This document shows, piece by piece, positions 13,887 through 27,522 of a stretch of 64,000 nt of DNA. The notes under the pieces are model-generated. The model was not told the DNA's origin, did no database searches, and saw nothing but the letters and a program-made list of their open reading frames with translations. This DNA comes from Laetmonice hystrix (taxonomy: Eukaryota), in contig OZ249436.1 in NCBI GenBank assembly GCA_965235115.1, positions 15,812,001 through 15,876,000 on the forward strand, read 5' to 3'. The position numbers and the translations under genes are program-made. Numbering within the stretch: the stretch's first letter is position 1; the number at the start of each line of letters is the position of its first letter.

Positions 13887-14539
13887 ATGTTTTGATGATA
13901 CTGTACAAATAACAAACAGTAAAAGGCCGGTTAACTTCTTTATTAAAGCAATTTCTTCCCAGACTCAAATGTTAGGCGTCAACCTTCCGCACTAAAAACC
14001 AGGGATAAATCCTACTTATGCATGTAAATCCCTGGAAAAGCGTAAAGACAGCTGTAAAATCCAGACAATGGACAGCACAAGTCCGAATAAATGATATTTT
14101 ATGGAGGAGAAGGGGTGGCGGTGGGCTTGAACTGTTTCTCTTCCGAAGGTCTGTGAGACAGCGGACTTGTTTGTTTCCCATCTGACGATTAGGTTGAAAG
14201 AGTGGTCGCCGTCCACACCCCGTGTGCGATAATCCTCGTGACCTTCGACATGCATGGCTGCTCCGACGGAATGTGGCGTATATTGCAGCAAGTAGTAGTC
14301 ATGTGGCACCTCCCAGTGTTCAACACTGCAACTAGAACTTCTTGTTCAGTTAATCAATTTAATATATTATCTTCACATCCGTTAGTAAATATTAAATTAT
14401 CAATCCAAACATACAAATCACATTCAAACCTCAACAGCAGTTTCAATGATTTAATACGATAACTATACATATTAATGTAATATTCAGTTTTGTTACTTTG
14501 GCCTCCTCCTCCCCTCATCGCCATCCAATCCACCGACAA

Positions 14540-17500
14540 CGCCAGTTTAGCGATGGCGTGTTTATATGGACTTCCTTGGTCTTTTTTTTCGTTGTTTTAC
14601 TCGTCTCGTGTTGTCGTTTTGATATTCATTCTGTAGCACCTGGCACAAATGCAGCTTTTAGAGGTTATATCTTGTTTGAACGTCATTATTGCTGTTGTGC
14701 ATATCTGAACCGTCATATTCACACTCTGAACTTTGGTATTAATACCAAACACATTCATTGCAAGTTTGAGGCATATCCATATATCGCGTTTTACCGAAGG
14801 ATCAGTTTTCAAGTCACGTCTTTAAACTCAGTGTCATCCATCAACCTCTGAAGAATCCCAAGACATCAAGCAATTGACACTTTATTAATTGAGACTTAGC
14901 CAACTTAGTTAACTTAAGTTCTACTCGGCTTAAACTAAACCATTAAACATTAAATTATTAAACAAACGACCATACAACGAAGACAACCCACGTAAAATAG
15001 TGTTTCAATCATGGGCAAAATCAACCTTCCACATATGAAAATACTACCAAAGACAATGAACAAAAGGTTCCCTGTCTCTGAGGTATAAGGTAAGCAACAT
15101 AAAAATTAAACTCCACAAACATTGTATTCAAACATAAAGACATTCAAACAAGACATTAAAAACATCGAAAACATCAACAGAATCAGGGAAATAAATAAAA
15201 TCAATCGTCCACCAAAATCATCAAAACAATCGCCCATCAGCATGTGAAATTATCAACCTAGTGGCGACTCAAATGTAAGTATCATACATGACCGTTTGCC
15301 TTGAGTATTATTCTCCTGAGCATTTTTCATAGTTTGTGTGCATGTATAACCGCTTTTTACGAATCCACACCTAACTCCACGATTCGATAGAGTACCATCT
15401 TCACCAGTTTAGTATTTATGTTGTCTTTCTGGATGAATTTTTCTTTGTTCAACTGTTTTGATATTTATTCTGCAGCACCTGGCTGCTGTGCATCATACCA
15501 ACCACATATCGTTATTCGTGTTGTGCTTTGTCTGAACTGTCATATTCACACCCTGCTCTCTCATTCAGATTTTGCTTCACGAGTCTTCTCGTGTTTTTTT
15601 TCTTTTTTTTTTTACTCTGTCACTATCTTGATTTTCATTTTCGAAATGGACAGTGATATTGGCTGCATGTGATGGAAACTAAACACCTTCGCTTTTCCAT
15701 GTTTCGCCAAAGTATTATCGATGATCAGTTTTTGAAGTCACTTCTTTATACTCAAGCGTCATGTGTCTACGTTTTTGTCTTATTACATAACCTTTGAAAA
15801 ATCACAAGAGATCAAACAATTGACACTTTATTAATTGAGACTTCGTCAACTTTTGAAGTGAACTTAACTTATGCTTCACTAAACTGAACCTAACTTATAC
15901 ACAACTTAAACAACATGAAAACTATAAAGCAAGAAACTATCAAACATAGAAGACAAAACACAGACAATATTTCAAACATAGACACAATCAACTTTCAAAT
16001 ACAACATGTATACAAAAACAATGAAATAATCAGTGTAGGTACACGATGCAAGTATTATAAATGGGTCAATCTCAACCCACTCCAACATCCAGAGCCCCTA
16101 ATCTGCTGCAGTAGGCCTACTTGAAAGCAAACCAATACACCTTGGTCAAGGAATAAAATATTACATGGCGTTTCAAATTCATTCCAGCATAAACATTAAC
16201 CCCAAGAAACATCTTATTCAAACATTAAAGCATTCAAAACATCGGAAACATAAATAGAATCGGGGAAATAAAGGAAATGAAATACACACAAATACGTAAT
16301 CAGACCAATCAACCACCAGTGTGTGAAAATATCAAACCAGCATAAACATGCCTAATACATGTGCGACTCTTATACAAGCACCGTAATCATACATTTGACT
16401 GTTCTCCTGAGCATTTTTTTTATCGTTTGTGGAATAAAGTTAAGAATGTAGTTAAGAAGTTAAAACTTATACTTAACTTGAACTAAACTTAATCTAACTT
16501 ATATGCTTAAGTTAAACTAAACCATGGACATGAAGACAATCAACCTTTAACATATGAAAATAGTACATCCAGTATAACAGTAAAAGAATGAACAAAAATG
16601 TCATCTATCAGGATATCAACACAACAATACAGTCATACAAGTATCAAACAAAATATCAGTAACACAGTAACTTATGCAAGTATCATACAAGATTATTAAA
16701 CTTAAAAAATACATCATAACATTAAAACAAGCAATAATAAACATACAACCAAATAAAATCAATTGGCATATATAAGAAACGACATGCAATTTGTTATAGA
16801 CCAGTTTAATACTTATTACCCTGTCAACAGTCACGTTTTGAACAAAATCTCATTCTTTTCTGACCGTATCATATTATTTGTGGAAGATACTTCTTTTCTT
16901 ACCCCAAGTCAGTTTAGTATTGATGTTGTCTTTCTTTTGGTGTTTGACTCTACATTTTGTTGTTTTGATATTCATTCTGCAGCACCTGGCTGCTGTGCTG
17001 TACCGTTTGTTAACACCCAATATACTATTATTTTTGCTCGATTGTACCAATTCTTTATCGGGTATTTTCTTGTGTCACCTGTGTCATTACTTTGCCTATT
17101 GTAAGACCTTTGTGGCAATTCCTGGATTTTCATCATGCTACAACTTTTTGTTTATCTCATAACCTCTGTTGGAATCAAGAGATCAAGCAATAGACATTTT
17201 GATTATAAAATGAGCAACTTAAAAAGTTAAAAAGGAACTTAACGTAACAACCATACAAAGATCTTAATGATAACTGATACATTGTTTTAAACATGGACCC
17301 GAACAATGGTAAGCATGGGAAAATATCACATACAAAATCAATATCACATAAAAAATCAATGAAAATCGATAATAAACCTATTGTTTATGTAGTATCATAC
17401 ATGGGCCAAACCTTGACCCCCTCAACATACAAAGCCCTAAATCTGCTGCAGTGTTTTAAGGCAACCCCCACACAAAAAGAAAAAAGACAAACACATACTC

Positions 17501-20500
17501 TTTCAAACATTTGAATCTGTAGGTTATTTTTCATGTTGGTTTGTATTTTTATACCCATTCACCAGTTTTTTCAGCGATTTTATGTTTAAACCTCAGTCAT
17601 GTTGACACCCTTGGTTTGTGTCAGTATTGTTATACTGACCTACCAGTTTTTATCAGCGATTTTGTGTTTAAACCTAAGCACGTTGGCACCCTTGAAATCC
17701 TTGAAGAGGCCAAAGCACCTTATTTTCACACGTTCAAAGAGTCCTACACTAACACATTCAGACTTACATTCAAAACTTAAAAACAAATCACAAGCTATAC
17801 AATAAACTATGATACACACAATTATGTAATACACATTGATTCAAGCATCATCACGTTAATACCCCATCATAAAAATAAGAACAGATTAACTCAACAGGTG
17901 CCCTATCTCAGTGGCAGTGTATGAAAGACAAAGAACACCTTATGTTGGCACTGTTCGAATACATTAAAACATTAGGAACTTAAATTTAAACACAACTTAA
18001 ACTCTTGCTCTTAAGATGCCCTTTATCTTTGTAAAAAGTCAAACCTTAGTATTAGATTTCATGGTTACTTTCTCAGGGTTAAGAAGGTCAGATTGTTGCC
18101 TGAAAAAAGCAAACAAAAGATTATACTATGCCCTATTCAGATAGCAAATGGATAGTAACTATTCAGCCAACATGACCAATCTGAAGAATACAGGTTAATA
18201 AAGCATAGGCCAACCGATGGCGCCAAACACGTGCCTTTATGCATACCAGGTCATGTGTAGGCCTACATGTGTACCACTGTTTCAGCCATCATCAAACCAA
18301 ACATTAAACAATACATTTTCCTTTGTGCTGCACGAAAAAGGAGGGGCAGATTTGTGATAAATGTTCAAAACAATTCTGGTTGATAAACAAGATTTATGGA
18401 TCTAAAAGCCCCAACAATGAAAGTATACCACGGCAAAATGCTCATTCACATACCTTTTCTTCATTTCTGTGGAAATTTGATACCTGCAGGTTCTGGGCAA
18501 TTGCGACTGCTAAGCCTGCAGATCTCCATTTCTTTTTGACTGATGGCAACATCGAGGAAGCTCGGTTTACGAATTGGGCAGAGAAATAATATAAGAATTA
18601 AGATATGAAACCTAGTAGACACTGGTGCCTAACAGCTCACCAACAATAATATTAGCATATTGAGGTAGACAGTTTTCACAATGAAAGAACCACCTTTCTG
18701 CAGCAAGCACAGTTGGCCAAACTGTGTGAACATTCCGACTGGGAAAAAAGGCACAACAGTAACAACTAATACATAGTCATAGTACAGTGGCATAACCTAG
18801 CGCTTCAACAACTGTTACATTACAGAACAGTTACATCAAAAAAGGCATTAAGATTCACTTGACCAAACTTTTGTTACATTTCTCTGGATTATTGAGGCTT
18901 CTCTGCAGGTTGGTTGGTTGGCAGTACCATACTGATGAATGCAGGTGAGCAGGCATGTAAGCGGGAGGAAATGTTGGCAACAGCCAGCCAAACAGAAAGG
19001 TGGGACAACAGTAAGGCAAGGAAGAATCCCCATCTTACTACCAACCAGTATCAGAGGTCAGCAGGAAGGCAAGGATAAGTCCCCATCTGACTACCAGCCA
19101 ACCAGTCTACCTGACGGACCACCCCCAACAAATCCCCCACCCACGTGACCACCCAAGGCAGGATCCCAGGAAAGCAGACAGATAAGTGGGAAGACACAAA
19201 GTTAGGCAGGCCGCCATCTGGGAAGGTAGAGCAGCCGTAGGGCAGGGACATGGCCAGGCAGACAAGCACGCAGTTTTCCAGGGATTGGCCCCACGCAACC
19301 ACACACTCAGCCACCCACCCACCGACCCCAACTTACCACCAACCAGCCCGACCATCTGACCGACTGCCACCCGGCGTGTCCACCCACGGACCTTACCACC
19401 CATCTGATCACCGGCCTAGTTACCCGGAAACACAAGAAAATCAGCCCATCTAACTACCTACACTTCCCCGCCAACCAACCCACTATTTAATCAACCAACC
19501 AACTAAGTAATTAACTAATTAATCTATAAATATTTATAATCTAAGCCCTAAAAATGCCCCAACAATGAAATTAGGCCTATCATCAAGCCAAAAATGGTAA
19601 TTCACATACCTTTTCTGCAGATTCTGCAGGTTTTAGCGTGTGTTTTCCAACTTGTCAGTCTTTAGCCATCATCTAGTTGCATAATGATCACCTCAAGGAA
19701 GCTCGGGTTACGGATTTGGGAAGATAAATATTTAAAATATGAAATTAAACCTGAAGGAAACAGTGTTTAATGCTTCAGCAACTATAATCTTGTCATATTA
19801 AGGTCAATAGTTTTTACAGTAAGAAAACACCTTTCGACAGCAAGATAACTAAATAATTAAAATATGAAATGAAACCTGAAGGGAACAGTTTTTATGGCAG
19901 CAAGTGACTGACAAACTTTGTCTCATCGAGGTCCGAATGGAATACGAACCCGAGAGGCCAAGGAGCTCAGAGGCCTGGCTCACTTGGTCACTGCAATTGT
20001 TACGTCAGAAATGTTCACGAAAAGGCATAGAAGCTGAAGGTGAACTAATGTCATAGTCAGCTATCTACTTCCCTGACCAACACATGATTACCCACTGGTG
20101 ACATCTATAAGCATCTTTGGCACAGGATGCCGGCTGTCGGAGCGAGGAGGAACCCTTGCCGAACAGTCCCGTACATTGCCCCTCCTCTCTGGGACACACT
20201 GCCCCCCTAGTCTGTATGGCCAATGAACAGTTTTAACTGTATGAACAGTTGACTGCCCGATTCTAACAACTTTTACCAGCAGCATGTGAGGACAGACTAC
20301 GAAAGGTGGCGGGTTAGGACAAACACCGTCAGACTCCACTGCAGTAGATTGAAGCCTGCTGACCACCCAACACCGACTGTGATCCAACATATTACGACGC
20401 GACAGTTACCCAGACAGCGGCCAGTGTGAACATTCTGACTTGGCAATAAGGTATAATTTAACAAATGTTTATACATCACAGTACAGTGACGTATACCTGG

Positions 20501-22480
20501 CATTTGGACAACTTACCGCCCAATCTACCCACCATCTATCAACCAACCAGCTAAGTAATTAAACAACCAACCAATCATTTTCCCTTTTTCGTGACAGGTT
20601 CTAGGTAGATGGACAACTGAAAACAAGAAAGGTTGGATGGTTAATAAAATGATTTAAAATGACACACACGCAAATCGTTTGTCAAAAAACGGATCCTATG
20701 CCCATTTGTTGGTAGGGGCCTGCATTCCTGAAATTATCTGAGAACTGATGTGAGAATTACTCGGATGATTTGACAATTACTGAAGTAAGGAGTAGCTGGT
20801 TCTTAATAGCTCTTCAAAGACACAAACTTTCAATAATACCCGAATGTGTGCACCTGATCGATCAGAAACTCACCTTCATTTTGCAAGGGCCCAAGCTTGA
20901 ATGAAACCAGCAGTGTAGGCCTATGCTATCTGGAAATAAATAAATGCATAAAGTAAATATAAAAAAAAGTGAATAAAAAAAAATTTAAAAATTAAAAACA
21001 AAATATAATAACCAAAAAAAAATAATAAAATAAAAAACAACCACAACATCCAACCAGCCTATTATGTAGTCATAATTTGCTCATAAAAGCCTTTGTAGGT
21101 ATGGGAAACATGGTTTATCAATTGATTTCATTCATTCCCTTCTAACAGACAGACATTGATGTGTATAATTAGTCCCTACCTTTGCTCATCTCTGTGGATA
21201 ATCATATAATAGACGCCCTCAATGGCAGTAGGCAGGCATGAAGGCAGTTAGTTGCCCTCTTTCGTGACGGATTCCAGGTAGATGGACAACTGAAAACAAG
21301 AATGGTAGGATAGTCTATAAAATGATTTACTGACACGATTCGAAAATTACTGAAATAAGGAATAGCCAGGTTCGCAATAGCTCTTCAAGGACACAAACTT
21401 CCAATAATACCCAAATGTGCACCTGATTGATCCGAAACTCACCTTCATTATGCAGGAAACCAGCAGTGTAGGCCTACGCTGTATGGAAATAAATAAATGC
21501 ATAACCTAAATAAAAAACAATGAATAAAAATAAGTAAAAAAAAATTTTTAATGAGAAAACAAAAAAATATATTAAAAAATAAATAAAATAAAAAAAATTA
21601 AACCGTCACAAAACCGTCATGTACAATTTGTTCCCCTAAAATGAAATAATTTCTTTCATTTAAACCAAACGGCATTTGAGATTGGACCTTTCATTTCATA
21701 AGGCATGTCCCAGCCCTGCAGTGACCTGGGGCGAATGTCTTTCTAAAGATAATTTCGGCCTACCTACCTCCGATTTCAAAGCCTATTCGGTTCTTCCTTG
21801 CTACCAGTTGAGGTGCGGTCAAGCAGTTTTTTGTTCAGGTGAAGTTCAATTGGTTTCAGTGACGGAAAGCTGTGAGCCTACGACCTCGTCTATGAATGCC
21901 AGGTAGCAACTGACTACTGCGACTCAACCCCGGTCGAACTGGCTCAGTTTCCCGTGACGCATGCGCAAGGTGTCCCCGTCGCTGTGATGAGTAGAAATGC
22001 AAAACTTAAAAGTAAATGTAAAACTTCTCTCACCTTACAGCGAGACTACGAAATATAATCAATCATCGAAATAAGAAAAGATAGGCCTATAATTAACAGG
22101 TTCTCTGTCTTTGGGACAATGTATGAGGATGATCCATGGATACATGCATGCAGTATAAATACCACAACATCCAACCAGCCTATAACTGGCTGGTTGGATG
22201 TTATAGGCCAACTTCCTACCTCGACATATAACTTCATCGTAGCCTACGTAAAGAAAATTTTGGGTCTGCTTACTCTAATGGCCCGTGTAGTTGTCCGTGG
22301 CTACCAACGCAAGTGAGGTTTTGCCAAGCAGTCGAGTTCTTTGTTCAGTTGAAGTTCAATTGGTTTCAATGACGGAAAGCTGTGCTCCTATGACCTCTCT
22401 CTATGAATGCCAAGTGGTCGACTGGTGACTGGCACGCCGGCCCAAACTGGTTCGCATTTTCCCGCCACGCATGCGCATTG
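14540..22480. repeat. Mosaic of diverged local duplications
   Basis: Approximate pairs: 14585-14940, 15430-15900 and 16925-17240 (gatattcattctgcagcacctgg; caattgacactttattaattgagact); 15090-15340 and 16185-16430; 18400-18720 and 19550-19850; 20580-21040 and 21255-21600; 21810-21970 and 22315-22480. Confidence 0.8.
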
Positions 22481-24802
22481 GTCAGATTTAATTAATATTC
22501 ATGTATTTCTTTTGCCTCGTCCGCAGGGTCGGTGGATTTCATGCTTCACTGAACTGTTGGAAATGCACACATGCGAACTTCGGTCGTCCTAGATCAACAC
22601 TGAACGGTGACCACTTTAAATGGCCGGTCATAGAAAATGCAAAACGTTGACCGAAATATTATATGTCCTTGGGATATTTCATTCATTCACTTATGTTCGT
22701 CCTCTTCAGAGCGAGAACATTTACCATTGCGGATGGTTCAAACAGTATGGTTTGAATATCAGTCGCATTGTCGATGTGTAAAGATATATCGGCCACGTCG
22801 TTCGTACCACATACTCCGTTGATCGGCTCATGTCACATCCACTGCACTGCCCACCTCCCAACTCACCCCCTCCCACCCAAGTACACGTGTACAGTCTACT
22901 GACCGGTCATTGTTTTTGCATACATATCCACTGGCCCTATCGCCTGGTGTTCCCCTTTGCCTACCGCCACCTGTAATCCACGTATACGTAGTCGGAGTGG
23001 GGGGGGGGGGGGTCCCGATGGCGTTCCCCCTAAGTCAAGGAGGAACCAAGTCTTATGTCATTCACTGGGCCGGCTTCCATTCCCAGTGACACACACCTTT
23101 GCTTTGGCCAGCACAGTTGTTCGGTCTAAGTGATGTAATATATATTGGGGGGGGGGGGGGGTGCTGGAAGAGTGCTGTTCACCTCAATATCAGACATGCA
23201 GCCTTGTAGAAAATGTCTCACGTATACGATGGCTCAAAAAATATTCCTGACTCCCGTATAGCGCAAAATAGAGGCCGACAAGCGTAGGCGCCGGAGAATA
23301 TTCAGATTAAGGGGGCAGCCCGAGATCTGATACCAGCTAGGGGGCAAAGGCTTTCACAGCTACAATTAGATCAAATTCGTTGCTTCACATAAATATTATG
23401 AGTTACAGATGTACATGTAACATTCATCGATTACAAAGGACAATTATCACTCCGACCTATTATCCGTGAAAGTTGTCTTTCCTTTATGTCAAGAATATAT
23501 GATCCCTGTCTGTGTTGGCCTGTCTCACATCTACACTTCTACTGCGAAAAGGTTTATGCCAAGAGACGCATCAGGTAGGGTAAAGGTTCCTGCAACTTGG
23601 GCTATCTCCTCTTCTGTGCCAAAATGTACGCTCCTCAAACTGCCCGAAATGTCTGCTACATATTCTCCCATGTGTCGTTTTTTGTTCCCCGACGTCGGCG
23701 TTTCGGCCGCCATTTTGTCGGTTGCTATAAAGGACGCCAGTTGGTAAACATTCCAAATTGAAGTCAATGGCGTGAGAGAGTGACCAGGGCCATTGGCCAT
23801 TGGCCCGCGCTAAATTTAAATGAAAACTGCGTGGCCCGTGATCCCGCCTCTATTGTTATGGAGTCCTTGGTTTAAACATGGAACTGGTTTAAAGTGGTAT
23901 TTGCACGTCGTGTGGAATGACACAAGACGGCTACTGACTGATCATTTCGGAGCACTTTACCCTTCATTTAGGCGAACAATGGTACTCAAAGTGCAAACCC
24001 GTGCAGCGTTAGGGTGATGTATGTAGGCTATACTCCCTCGTCCGTGGAGGCACTCCTCCAGCCTATACAGGATTTTCAGCAGGGGGGTCTCAGGAATTTT
24101 TAAAAATTAGAAGCTCTGAGACGATTCCCCGCCATTTAGGGGCCATTTTAGGGCATTAGATTTTGTGGATTTATCGCTCAACGGCTTCAAAACGGCAGGA
24201 ATTCTTAGAAAAATCGCTCAACGGGTTCAAAACGGTGGGAATGCTTAGAAGAAATCTATGCCCTGTGGGAGCAGGGGGTCGGACCCCCTGGACCATCCCC
24301 CGAAACTCAAATGGTGCTGGCTTGGAGACGTGAAAGAGCTATGAAACAAGATGTGACATTATTCTGTTCAGCATTTACAGAAACTTTGATATGAAATGAA
24401 ACTATACATGTAGCCTACATATTTGATCATGTCCTGGCGTCAAGATTGATGTCTTGAAAACAGAAACGTTTGTGTGAAAAGGGACACGAATTTCCGTGGA
24501 ATCATGCAGTGCTCAAGCTCCAGCCCACACCACTGATACCTGACGTCATGGTAATTTTTTTTTGTGAAGGGGGGGGGGGCAGTATGGGATTAGCGCCCCC
24601 CCACCCACCCTTCTCCGCCCCGCCTATACCCATCCCCATCCAGACACAGACACACAACCCAGAGTTAACATTGGAATTTATTTTTAAAAGCCCATCAATA
24701 TTGCCAAGGGTTAAAAAGACAACTATAAATCAGAATATATCTCCTGAATTTCTATCTCATTACATGCAGAATCTGTACCCAGTATGTAATCCCATATCAC
24801 TC

Positions 24803-24978
24803 CACTGGCGGATCCAGGGGGAGGGGGGTTAGGGGGTTTAACCCCCCCCCCCTCAGAGCCACCAATTATAACCGCCTGCTGGACCCCACCCGTTAGGGCC
24901 CCGTAGCTTCGCGAGCTTGGCACTGTTGGCGTCTCTGTAACCCCCCCCTCCCTTGAAAAAATCCTAGATCCGGGCCTG
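24803..24978. mobile_element. Short GC-rich MITE with 5-bp flanking direct repeat
   Basis: Left cactggcggatccagg versus right reverse complement caggcccggatctagg; cactc at 24798-24802 and 24979-24983; related ends near 43928 and 45031. Confidence 0.65.
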
Positions 24979-26601
24979 CACTCTGTCTTGTACGTATGAT
25001 TTTTAAATTTGGCAATATCAATTCAAAGGATAGTACAAATATACAATTATGATAGAATGAACTAGATGAAGGGGATGGTGTAAACTGCAAGAACCCTGCC
25101 TCACAATAGCTGCACTGATGGAGCTAAGTGTTGCAGTCCTTGAGGTCCTTGAGGCTGGGCCGCAAGTGAGATGCAGCACATGAAATGCGGCCGAGATGCG
25201 GCCAAGTGGAGCTCACGCATTAGCGGTACTACGCGATGTCTTTACCCTAATCCTTGGGAGTTGGTACACACAATTTGATGACGTTTTCGACATCTCTAGT
25301 GACTGAACTTTCCAGACACAATGTGTTGTTATACCACATTCTGTATGGCACTAATCTTTTTGGTCATAACCTTTAGGAACAACACCAAAAAAAACCGGAG
25401 CGACAGATTGATTTGGGAACCAGGCCTAGGTGACGCATTTGATTTGGTGGTCCCCCAGTGACCCATGAAAGTCAAAGCACTGTATAACCACACCTTATAT
25501 TATACTCTCATGAGTAACCGTGGCGGAGAGAGTGCCTTTTTGGGGCAAAGTTTGGCAGATTTGGCTTTTATTTGAAAAGATTAGAGAGGTCTCTACTTGG
25601 CCGTCTGTTTCCCAACACCTCTGCCGCTCTACTCTCATCCCCTTTCTTGTAAAATAGCTGCTAAAATGGGCGTATCGGGACTTTTTGGTTAAGGGGGGCA
25701 GAGGGGTTGATTTGCTCGAAATTTCTCTGTCCGATTTTTTTCTGTTTGCTTTGCCTGAATTTTCCCCACAGTACTGTTTTTCCGGAATTGGGGGGGGGGG
25801 GGCTACCCCCCTGCCCCCTCCCGGCTCGTACGCCTGGCTTCTATTTTGCTGGGGTTGATAGTTCTGGTGCGCAGATTTGGATTTGCTGCACACCAAGCAG
25901 CCGCAACTTTGGACAGCCCAGAGTATGATGGTCACTCGTACAACGATGCGTTCTGTATAAAACCTGATACCTATATCATAGACGTATGTGTATGTCATGG
26001 ACCGATCTTTGTAAATATTATTTTCACTGGTGGCAGGTTTAAAGTAATCACACGCCCAGGATGGATTTCACTCAGATAACGATTGTGTAATGCGGCCACC
26101 AACTCACCTAATAATGGTAGTTATTGGATCAGTTAATAAATATAATATTCCTGGCACAATAGTTAGTGTCCACTAAAATCGGAATGGCAACGTCTTTTTT
26201 AAGGAGATTAACATTGCCATTGGTTCCCTCCGACATCTGTGCCACATAATCTCCACATAATAAGAACACATTATATGGAGACCGTCCGCGTAGCACACAT
26301 ACACTTGGGCGGCACACATGCATGGCTATATAGATTTCCATTCACGCACTAAGGTTATAATCAGCATGTCTGTCCTTTTCTTATTATTTTTGAATGCCTT
26401 GCAGATAAAGCTGTATTTTGTGATAAATTTGATAACCAGACTACCATGGAATGAAGCACAGTATAAAGTAGAAGTCTATAGGTAAACAGCTACTAAGATT
26501 TAAAAGAATGCAACCCCCATCTTTGCAACGCATGCAGTTGGAAAAATATCGTGATATAAACAAACGATTCATGCGAATCAATGAAAGAGGTCTTAAAACT
26601 C

Positions 26602-26804
26602 ATAATTATATCCCACATCGGACTGTAAGAATAATTATATCCCACATCGGACTGTAAGAATAATTATATCCCACACCGGACTGTAAGAATAAGTATATCC
26701 CACATCGGACTGTAAGAATAATTATATCTCACATCGGACTGTAAGAATAATTATATCCCACATCGGACTGTAAGAATAATTATATCTCACATCGGACTGT
26801 AAGA
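26602..26804. repeat. Minisatellite, 29-bp unit, 7 copies
   Basis: Unit ataattatatcccacatcggactgtaaga. Confidence 0.95.
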
Positions 26805-27522
26805 ATTATCGACGATTTCACAGATCCCGCTGTTCACAGTATTTTAACCAAGAAATCGAATCCCCTTTATCGTCCGCTCACCCTTCCGCCAGAGGTCGCT
26901 TTTGCTGAAACCACTTCTGGTTAGTGGTTATGTATTGCGGGACAGCCCGGAACTACTCAGGACGACTGACAGGTGCCAAGACGGACTCGACCACCAGTCC
27001 TCCTATCCGACAGCTGGGTATACGAACTAGACACAAATACATCGTCGGGCTAATGCCACCAGATGTCAGCACCCTGACCTGCCGTCCCATATTTGGATGT
27101 GGCTCCGACTCTCTCGCTTCGCGGAGCGGCATTTAGAGCAGGGGACCAGAGTACGGTCGAGGTCACAATTACGCGCTCGTCTAATCAGCGCCGATGATCG
27201 TTTTCTATCACGGTCACCGTGGTCGTGTAACCTAGATAGGCGTCTGTGTCTAGACCCTCTTTCGAGCGACGAGTGGGTAAAAGGGTCTGGTATCGAGACT
27301 AGACTAAGTGTCAAGATGGACACCCCAGAGCAGTTAGCTACTACTCCCAAAATAAATATATTGAAATCATTACTTACATTATCAGACGTTGTTTATCACT
27401 TCATTTCATTTTTCTTAAAGATTTAAATATACATGCTTGTATTTAATTTGACTTGAAACAGTTTTAATGCAAACTACTTTGCTGGACTATTTTTACCCCT
27501 TCACTACATTTCTATCTCTTCG

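Noticed and set aside
18940..19510. Cluster of Pro/Gly/Trp-rich ORFs
   Set aside because: Degenerate ccaa/ccac/ccag low-complexity sequence
23531..23800. Minus-strand ORF containing MAAETPTSGNKKRH in a strong AAAATGGCGG context
   Set aside because: Short, no recognisable homology, and lies among transposon fragments; the motif may simply be a YY1-like site
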